NCBI GenBank assembly: GCA_964448425.1
Contig: CAYVAK010000001.1
Location: 1 to 43,521, forward strand
Direction: 5' to 3'
DNA: 43,521 nucleotides
Source of the DNA: an uncultured Sangeribacter sp.
GTDB taxonomy: Bacteria; Bacteroidota; Bacteroidia; Bacteroidales; Muribaculaceae
A program made the translations under genes and the position numbers. Numbering within the stretch: the first letter of the stretch is position 1; every line of letters starts with the position of its first letter. The notes below the pieces were generated by a model, which was given only the letters and a program-made list of their open reading frames with translations, did no database searches and was not told the DNA's origin. Of the stretch, positions 37,083 to 43,521 are shown one piece after another.

Positions 37083-37664
37083 CTACAGAAGTTTCAATGC
37101 CTGACGAATAAGGCTCTCTATGGAAGCGGCGGGGTCGGCACTAAGCACCTTCTTAAGTGCACGTTCCGACTGCTGACGAGTGTATCCAAGCACTGATAAT
37201 GCCGATAAAGCCTCGTCGTAGACTTCCGAAGAATTGACGCCTTGTGTTATTAACGCATTAGCATCCCCTTTTATTTTATCTTTAAGGTCTACTATTATTC
37301 TTTGTGCCGTCTTGGCACCTATGCCTTTCACCGATTTGAGTATTGAATCGTTGCCGGCAGAGATGGCATTCGAGAGGTCGTCGACTGTGATTGCAGAGAG
37401 GATGAGGCGAGCAGTGTTGGGCCCTACCCCACTCACTCCTATCAGCAAGCGAAACAGTTCGCGGCCACGCTTATCCAGAAAGCCATAGAGCAGATGCGCA
37501 TCCTCTCTTATTGATTCATGGATGTAGAGCTTCACTCTCGATTCGTTTTGAATCTTGGCATAGTCAATTAGCGAAATGTTAATTTCATAGCCTATTCCGT
37601 TGCAATCCACAACTGCTGCTGTAGGCGTGATTTCAGCCAGCGAACCGCTTATATAGTCAATCAT
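37083..37664 (-). CDS. ruvA: Holliday junction branch migration protein RuvA
   Basis: MIDYISG, IREDAHLLYGF, LIGVSGVGP, VKGIGAKTAQRIIVDLKDK and EALSALSVLGY. Start corrected to ATG 37664 because the longer ORF start lies at or upstream of the predicted TSS. Confidence 0.95.
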   Translation of the reverse strand: MIDYISGSLAEITPTAAVVDCNGIGYEINISLIDYAKIQNESRVKLYIHESIREDAHLLYGFLDKRGRELFRLLIGVSGVGPNTARLILSAITVDDLSNAISAGNDSILKSVKGIGAKTAQRIIVDLKDKIKGDANALITQGVNSSEVYDEALSALSVLGYTRQQSERALKKVLSADPAASIESLIRQALKLL

Positions 37665-37752
37665 ATCTGTTGGGGTCTTGATTTTGGTAATTACTGTTTG
37701 AATGTGATGGCAGGCGACCGACTTCGATGCTCGCCATGTCCACTCCACAAAG

Positions 37753-37784
37753 CAAAATTAGCTATTTATTTCGGAAAGCGCAAA
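37753..37784 (-). promoter_or_regulatory. Promoter of the ruvA-sprA operon
   Basis: TTTG (rc 37781-37784), 20-nt spacer, TAATTTTG (rc 37753-37760). Confidence 0.75.
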
Positions 37785-37819
37785 AAGCAAGGCTGCTTCA
37801 TTTCCAAAATGAAACAGCC
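37782..37819 (-). terminator. Intrinsic terminator of the 950-aa gene
   Basis: GGCTG.TTCATT / AATGAA.CAGCC stem, followed on the minus strand by TTGCTTTTTG. Confidence 0.65.
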
Positions 37820-37873
37820 CCTTAGATATATGGAAAAACTCTGAGTCAAAAAAAATGACTCTATCAATATGTC

Positions 37874-40726
37874 TTATTTACGAATGATCTGTTTGGTGAC
37901 TTTGTCGCCGCGACGCACAATGTAGATGCCTTCGCCGGGGTTGTAGACTCTCACGCCCTGGAGGTTGTAGTATTCGGCAGGAAGTTCGGAGTCGTCGCCG
38001 ATAGTGGCCACTGCATCGGTAGAGTGCTCAGTGACGGTGACAGTTTTGCTCGACCAGTTCACCACTACATCGTAGCGCTTTGAAGCATCGGCTGAGGCCA
38101 TATAGGCAGCCTTGGGGTCGTTGATTTGCGACATTGCTGATGAAGCTTGGCCAAGCACAAGGGCTTCATCTTCGGCCCAACCGTAGCGGTTGCCGGCCAC
38201 ATTAAGCTCATCGTAAGTAGATGCGAGCGAGATGCAGAAGCTGAAGTAGCCTGTGGGAGATATTGAAAGTTCCTTAGCCTCGAAAGTGCCGGCGGAAGCG
38301 TTCTTGGTCATGGTGACGCCCACATTAGGAGCCCAACTGTTGCCGTTGATTTCGCCAATGATATAGAATGTGTCGGGCATTTGAGTATTATCCTCAATGT
38401 CAGCCACTTTAGTGATGGTGACTTGCATGGTTGAGAAGTCGGCTACTACATCGTAGTAAGCGTTCAGGGCTTTCCAAGATGCAGAACTTGAAGCATTGAG
38501 ATTGGCCTCATATTTCATCATTGTAGAGGGGGTGCCGGAGACGATAGCCTCATCTTCGATTGAAGCGCCGTAGCGGTCGCCGGTGTTGATGGTGTCCCAG
38601 TCTGAACCGGAAATGGTGACAAATGAGAAGTAAGCGCTGCCGGTGTCGCCTTTCAGCTTCACATTGGAGAGCTTATATGTGTTTCCACTTGCTGTCATTG
38701 CAATGGGTGAGGGGGTCGACCAACCGGTGTCGTTTGCATCACCTACCAGATAGAGGGCAGAGGGCATCTCGGTATTGGGATCGGGGTCAGGATTGGGTGT
38801 TGTGCCTGATTTTGTCAAGGTGAGCTTCATGGTTGAGAAGTCGGCCACAATGTCGTAAGTGCCATCAGCTATACCCCATGAATTAGCACCTGAAGCGCTT
38901 ACATTTACGGGATATTTAACTATAGTAGCGGCAGTGCCGGCTGTGATAGCTTCATCTTTGGTGGCTGCACCGTAGCGATCGCTGCCGTTAACGGTGTCCC
39001 AGTCAATGCCGGTAAGAGTGATAAAGCTGAAGTAGGCTGTGCCGGCAGTACCTTTGAGGGTTGCACCGGTAAGTTTGTAAGTGTTGCCATCTTTGGTCAT
39101 AGCGGGAGCGGCTGAGGTGCTCCAATCTGTGCCGTTTACATCACCTACTATGTAAAGTTGGTCGGGCACTTCGGTATTGGGGTCGGGGTCGGGATTAGGT
39201 GTTGTGCCTGATTTGGTCAGAGTAAGCTTCATGGTTGAGAAGTCGGCCACAATGTCGTAAGTGCCATCAGCTATAGCCCATGAATTAGCACCTGAAGCGC
39301 TTACATTTACGGGATATTTAACTATAGTAGCGGCAGTGCCGGCTGTGATAGCTTCATCTTTGGTGGCTGCACCGTAGCGATCGCTGCCGTTAACGGTGTC
39401 CCAGTCAATGCCGGTAAGAGTGATAAAGCTGAAGTAGGCTGTGCCGGCAGTACCTTTGAGGGTTGCACCGGTAAGTTTGTAAGTGTTGCCATCTTTGGTC
39501 ATAGCGGGAGCGGCTGAGGTGCTCCAATCTGTGCCGTTTACATCACCTACTATGTAAAGTTGGTCGGGCACTTCGGTATTGGGGTCGGGGTCGGGATTAG
39601 GTGTTGTGCCTGATTTGGTCAGAGTAAGCTTCATGGTTGAGAAGTCGGCCACAATGTCGTAAGTGCCATCAGCTATAGCCCATGAATTAGCACCTGAAGC
39701 GCTTACATTTACGGGATATTTAACTATAGTAGCGGCAGTGCCGGCTGTGATAGCCTCATCCTTAGTAGCTGCACCGTAGCGGTCGCCGGCATTGTTTACT
39801 GTGTCCCAGTCAGCGCCGAGAGCGGTGATGAATGTAAAATAGGCTGTACCGGCTGAGCCTTTCAGAGTGGCGCCGGTGAGCTTGTAAGTGCTGCCATCCT
39901 TGGTCATGGCAGGAGCTGTAGATGTGCTCCAGTCATTACCGTTAACATTACCAACCACATAGAGCTGGTCGGGCACATCGCTACCGCCGGTTGAAGGAGT
40001 GGTGGAGCCGTTGTTTGTAATGGTAACAGAGGCTGTCTCAATGTCGTCAAGGTTGTAGTCAAACTCCACTGTTGCATTTGTGAGGGCTTGGCCGAGCGCA
40101 TAGTTGTTGCCGTTGAAGTGAGGTGTGAAAGCAGTGCCTACAGGGATAGCATCCCCTTCAGTCTCTGAACCCCAGTTCACTGACCAAGAGCCGTTGGTGA
40201 ATTTGATTTTCTGACCGGAGGCAATGGTCACGCCTGTGATTTTATACTTGCCGGTGTCGCTCTGGCGAGTGAGCTTGTAGGAGGCATCTTTCTCATTCCA
40301 ATCGTTGAAGTCACCCACAAGGTAGATGCCATCGGGATAGGTGGCGTCAGGAGCTGTGCCTTCCACTTTCAGCACACCGGTGGAGCGGGTGAAAGTCAGC
40401 TTCGCATTAGTGATTACCACAGCACCTTTGGTTGTGATATTACCACTGGTAGAGCCGTTGGTTAAGGTATATTCTTTTCCGGGCTCAATGTTGCTTGCAG
40501 AGCCCCAGTTGTCGGTGCTCCAAGCGTTGTCGGCAATCTTGAAGCCCGACTGAAGTTTATCCAGGGTTATGGTGTAGACACCATTGGAGCAGGTCATCTT
40601 GTTGGATGAAGTGCAATCGCCTGCGTCCCAACCAAACTGAGCACCTCGAATATAGAGGTCAGGGTCGGCCGCCATGGCTGTCATTGCCACTAATAGCGCG
40701 GCAAAAAACATGTAGAATTTCTTCAT
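37874..40726 (-). CDS. T9SS-secreted modular protein with seven SusE/SusF-like Trp-rich beta-sandwich modules
   Basis: SPI signal MKKFYMFFAALLVAMTAMA. Seven modules start with a (L/I/F)Y-hydrophobic-x-G...W motif and are joined by Pro/Thr linkers. Short type-A-like CTD EYYNLQGVRV...GIYIVRRGDKVTKQIIRK. Confidence 0.8.
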   Translation of the reverse strand: MKKFYMFFAALLVAMTAMAADPDLYIRGAQFGWDAGDCTSSNKMTCSNGVYTITLDKLQSGFKIADNAWSTDNWGSASNIEPGKEYTLTNGSTSGNITTKGAVVITNAKLTFTRSTGVLKVEGTAPDATYPDGIYLVGDFNDWNEKDASYKLTRQSDTGKYKITGVTIASGQKIKFTNGSWSVNWGSETEGDAIPVGTAFTPHFNGNNYALGQALTNATVEFDYNLDDIETASVTITNNGSTTPSTGGSDVPDQLYVVGNVNGNDWSTSTAPAMTKDGSTYKLTGATLKGSAGTAYFTFITALGADWDTVNNAGDRYGAATKDEAITAGTAATIVKYPVNVSASGANSWAIADGTYDIVADFSTMKLTLTKSGTTPNPDPDPNTEVPDQLYIVGDVNGTDWSTSAAPAMTKDGNTYKLTGATLKGTAGTAYFSFITLTGIDWDTVNGSDRYGAATKDEAITAGTAATIVKYPVNVSASGANSWAIADGTYDIVADFSTMKLTLTKSGTTPNPDPDPNTEVPDQLYIVGDVNGTDWSTSAAPAMTKDGNTYKLTGATLKGTAGTAYFSFITLTGIDWDTVNGSDRYGAATKDEAITAGTAATIVKYPVNVSASGANSWGIADGTYDIVADFSTMKLTLTKSGTTPNPDPDPNTEMPSALYLVGDANDTGWSTPSPIAMTASGNTYKLSNVKLKGDTGSAYFSFVTISGSDWDTINTGDRYGASIEDEAIVSGTPSTMMKYEANLNASSSASWKALNAYYDVVADFSTMQVTITKVADIEDNTQMPDTFYIIGEINGNSWAPNVGVTMTKNASAGTFEAKELSISPTGYFSFCISLASTYDELNVAGNRYGWAEDEALVLGQASSAMSQINDPKAAYMASADASKRYDVVVNWSSKTVTVTEHSTDAVATIGDDSELPAEYYNLQGVRVYNPGEGIYIVRRGDKVTKQIIRK
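38823..39754 (-). repeat. 402-bp-period tandem duplication (134-aa module) within the 950-aa gene
   Basis: 38823-39352 aligns with 39225-39754 with one visible mismatch (38874 C vs 39276 G; WGIAD vs WAIAD). Confidence 0.93.
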
Positions 40727-41003
40727 TTTACGGGTAAAATTAAATGTTTATGTTAATGTTTTATTTTAGTCAAATCCTAACCATGAGCCGATAGTAGGTA
40801 ATTGAATTAGCGCCTTATTTTTCCAAATCCATATCATGCAAAGCACTCAACGACAGCCGATTATCATCAAGGAGACATCGCGTCAAAGAGGGGGCGTAAC
40901 TTGAGCCTTTGGGTGGTATACGATATAGTTAAGCTTCCAAATTCGTCGATCGACTTATAATCAGTTAGTATAGAATGGCCTTGCTCTATCGGGCAAAACT
41001 GTG

Positions 41004-41011
41004 CAAATTTA
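41004..41011 (-). promoter_or_regulatory. Candidate -7 element for the 950-aa gene
   Basis: Reverse complement TAAATTTG followed by CA. Implies a 5' leader of about 270 nt. Confidence 0.5.
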
Positions 41012-41095
41012 ATAAATAAGTTGGCGCGACGGTCTAACTTATAATATGTTATACAACATATCCGCAACATTTAAGCCATTTCATTCCGGCGGGTG

Positions 41096-41127
41096 TTTGT
41101 GCATAACTGCTAAAATTTGTAATTTTG
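41096..41127 (+). promoter_or_regulatory. Promoter for the DUF6056-like / Sua5 genes
   Basis: TTTG (41096-41099), 20-nt spacer, TAATTTTG (41120-41127). Confidence 0.7.
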
Positions 41128-41145
41128 CCGATGCAAGCATCTACT

Positions 41146-42801
41146 ATGCCCGGGCAAGATTTTAAATCCAAAATATGGCGCCACATGAGCCCTAATGCGA
41201 TAATAATGGCTATTATCGCCGCTATCTCGTTTTTCGTGCTCGACAGCTACTCCATATACATATGCGACGACCTTGGCTATATGTTTACCGACAAGGTGAT
41301 TCACGGCTTCGACGGCGAAAAGGCGCGCAATCTATCCGACTGCATTGCCACGCAGATGCAACACTATCAGACCACCAACGGCCGCTTCCTGGTGCACCTC
41401 ACCACTATGTCACTGCTCAACATTGTGCCGACATGGCTCCACCATCTGCTCAATTCGTTGGTGTTTGCCGCCCTGTGGCTCTTCAGCACCAAGCTCGCGT
41501 TCGGCAGGGCTCACAATTGGGCCGAAGGCTTGCTCACTCTGCTCCTGCTATGGCTGCTCCTGCCCTACCCCGGCATGATTATGCTCTCCATCACAGCGCT
41601 TTGCGTCAACTATCTCTGGACCGGAGCCGCAATTCTGGGCACCATGCTACTGCTGCGCCACTACAAGGGCGCCGAGCAATTTGGCAGCCCGAAGCTGGCT
41701 GTAACGGCCGCTATCTTTGTAGCCATAATAGGCTCCCTGCAAGAGAGCTACGGATTGCCGATGCTGGGAGCGATAGCCGGGTGTATGCTGCTCGACAAGC
41801 GGTTTCGCACTAAGCCCATATGGATCATGACCATTAGCTTTGCCATAGGAGTGGTGGCAGAGTGCATCGCGCCGGGCAACCTCCGGCACCTTGACAGCAC
41901 CGGTGGATTTACCTCCGGCTCTCTGCTGCGCAAACTGCAATTCCTTGGCACCTCGCTGCTGCAAACTCCCATACCGCTACTTGCAGCAATCATCTCACTG
42001 TCAGCAATTTTCAGATATAAAAAGACGGTGCGCTTCATAGGAGCAAACCTCTTCTATATGCTATTGATAGTAGCATCACTGGCCCTGGCAGCCGTGTCGA
42101 TAACAGCGCTCCGCCAGTTGTTCGCGCCTTCGCTCTTCGCCATCATCTTGATAGTGAAATGGTTGAAAGAATTCACCCCCATTCTCAGAAGCAAAGGCGA
42201 GAAGTGGGTGGCCTCGACAAGCCTCCTGCTGCTTTGCTGCCTGATAAGCGGTGCATGGGTGTTGCGCAAGAACTCCCGAGCGGTGTATGAGCAATTCCTC
42301 ACCACCGTAGTTCCCTCGCAAGAGGGCGGCTGCATGGCCTATGGCAACGCCGAGCAATGCAACTACCAAAGCCGGCCCCTGCTCCACACCTTGCTGGGCC
42401 GCTACGACATGGACCCCTTTGAACGAAGTGCCTACACACTTTGTTTTGAATCACACAATCGGTCGGGACTGTCGCGCCTGCACATGGGCAGCCACCACAA
42501 GAATGCCATAACCGCCATTCTCCCCTACCCGCCCCATCGGCTGGCAGAGATAGCACAAGAGAGCGGCCAAGGCGAGTGCCGGCTCGACTCCTTGCTCACC
42601 CCCACACAAGTCGACGAGCGCTACTGCATCGTGGCCCTTCCCAAAGAGGTTTGCAACTCGCCCAAATATCTGCCGTACACGCTCGGCGAAGACGGCAAAT
42701 ATCAGCGCTACCTGTTCGAGAAATTTTCACTCGCCGACACCACATACTATCTGATGCCCACCCCTCAAGGGCAGATAAAGATAGCCTATCAATTTGACTA
42801 A
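41146..42801 (+). CDS. DUF6056-like polytopic membrane protein (probable GT-C glycosyltransferase)
   Basis: First TM helix followed by an acidic DD motif (CDDLGY). Also TNGRFLVH, NYLW, QE and APGN, roughly 10-12 TM segments and a soluble C-terminal domain. Start uncertain (41146 or 41185). Confidence 0.7.
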   Translation: MPGQDFKSKIWRHMSPNAIIMAIIAAISFFVLDSYSIYICDDLGYMFTDKVIHGFDGEKARNLSDCIATQMQHYQTTNGRFLVHLTTMSLLNIVPTWLHHLLNSLVFAALWLFSTKLAFGRAHNWAEGLLTLLLLWLLLPYPGMIMLSITALCVNYLWTGAAILGTMLLLRHYKGAEQFGSPKLAVTAAIFVAIIGSLQESYGLPMLGAIAGCMLLDKRFRTKPIWIMTISFAIGVVAECIAPGNLRHLDSTGGFTSGSLLRKLQFLGTSLLQTPIPLLAAIISLSAIFRYKKTVRFIGANLFYMLLIVASLALAAVSITALRQLFAPSLFAIILIVKWLKEFTPILRSKGEKWVASTSLLLLCCLISGAWVLRKNSRAVYEQFLTTVVPSQEGGCMAYGNAEQCNYQSRPLLHTLLGRYDMDPFERSAYTLCFESHNRSGLSRLHMGSHHKNAITAILPYPPHRLAEIAQESGQGECRLDSLLTPTQVDERYCIVALPKEVCNSPKYLPYTLGEDGKYQRYLFEKFSLADTTYYLMPTPQGQIKIAYQFD

Positions 42802-42848
42802 CAGCTTGGGCCTTAGGCATCACAAGCCATACATTTATACATACCGCC

Positions 42849-43451
42849 ATGAAGACCATTAGAATTTGGAACGACAGCCCTGCCGACAATCAGCTCCGCG
42901 AGATAGCCGCACGGCTCCAAGAGGGTGAGATAATGATTTATCCCACCGACACCATCTACGCCCTGGGCTGCGACGCTCTCAACGCCAAAGCCGTGGAGCG
43001 CATATGCAACCTTAAAGGCATAAACCCGGCCAAAACCAACCTCTCAATAATCTGCGACTCAGTGTCGCAAATTGCGCAATACGCACGCTACGACAATAAG
43101 CACTTCTTCATGCTGCGCGACAACACCCCCGGCCCCTTCACCTTCCTCTTCAAAGCCGCCTCGAGCCTTCCCAAAGTGTTTAAAGGCAGAAAGATAGTAG
43201 GTGTCAGGATTCCGGAGCTGGCCACCGCCCGCGCAATTGTGAGCACACTGGGCCGGCCGCTATTGAGCACCTCCGTGGCCTTCGACGACGAAGACTACGC
43301 CATAAATCCCGAACTCATAGCCGAAAACTACGAGGGCCAAGTAGACTTCATGGTGGATGGAGGTCCGGGTGGCACCGAAGTATCCACAATAGTAGACTGC
43401 TGCCAAGACACCCCGGAAATAATCCGCGAAGGCAAAGGCGAGCTCCGATAA
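42849..43451 (+). CDS. Sua5/YciO/YrdC family protein (YciO-like)
   Basis: IYPTDTIYALGCD, LSIIC, PGPFTF, VGVRIP, PLLSTS, STIVD and IIREGKG. Confidence 0.9.
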   Translation: MKTIRIWNDSPADNQLREIAARLQEGEIMIYPTDTIYALGCDALNAKAVERICNLKGINPAKTNLSIICDSVSQIAQYARYDNKHFFMLRDNTPGPFTFLFKAASSLPKVFKGRKIVGVRIPELATARAIVSTLGRPLLSTSVAFDDEDYAINPELIAENYEGQVDFMVDGGPGGTEVSTIVDCCQDTPEIIREGKGELR

Positions 43452-43521
43452 AGGGCCCGTAACCATGCTTAAAAGCGCACTGAAAAGCCCGTTTTAAAGC
43501 CCGTTAAGGCCGCCAAAATCA

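Noticed and set aside
29514-37664. ruvA-sprA operon as a novel link between recombination and secretion
   Set aside because: This adjacency is, to my knowledge, a long-known conserved synteny in Bacteroidota (e.g. the Porphyromonas sov region), and ruvB is not here.
38823-39754. Possible diversity-generating retroelement TR/VR pair
   Set aside because: Tandem in-frame copies with a single non-adenine mismatch, and no reverse transcriptase in the window.
43452-43521. Short AAAGCCCGTT duplication at the right edge
   Set aside because: Only two exact copies, truncated by the window end; not enough to call a repeat element.

Overview
Chromosomal core-genome segment from a Bacteroidales bacterium. 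The T9SS C-terminal domain style and gene order suggest Muribaculaceae (inference). It holds about 30 intact CDSs and no recognisable IS, prophage, CRISPR array, tRNA or rRNA. Left to right: cobB sirtuin; an MBOAT + SGNH O-acetylation pair; an ORF-free gap containing a promoter-to-terminator structured transcript of about 270 nt with a 20-codon smORF; sprT-like protease, mutS2 and usp; a small HTH protein; the moxR-DUF58-batABCDE operon; thiL, pnp, lpxK, sppA; glmM, a DUF4827-like lipoprotein, nrnA; mazG-topB plus a Cys-rich mini-protein; ruvA-sprA (T9SS translocon); a 950-aa T9SS cargo built from seven SusE/SusF-like modules with a very recent 402-bp internal duplication; a DUF6056-like GT-C membrane protein; and a Sua5/YciO protein. 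Several clear Bacteroidota TTTG-N19-21-TAnnTTTG promoters and intrinsic terminators are visible. The best novelty candidates are the 3.8-4.05 kb sRNA/smORF locus, the expanding non-catalytic modular T9SS protein, the usp-mutS2-sprT cluster, and the short TopB with its Cys-rich neighbour. None is proven novel from sequence alone, and family calls come from motif recognition, not database searches.
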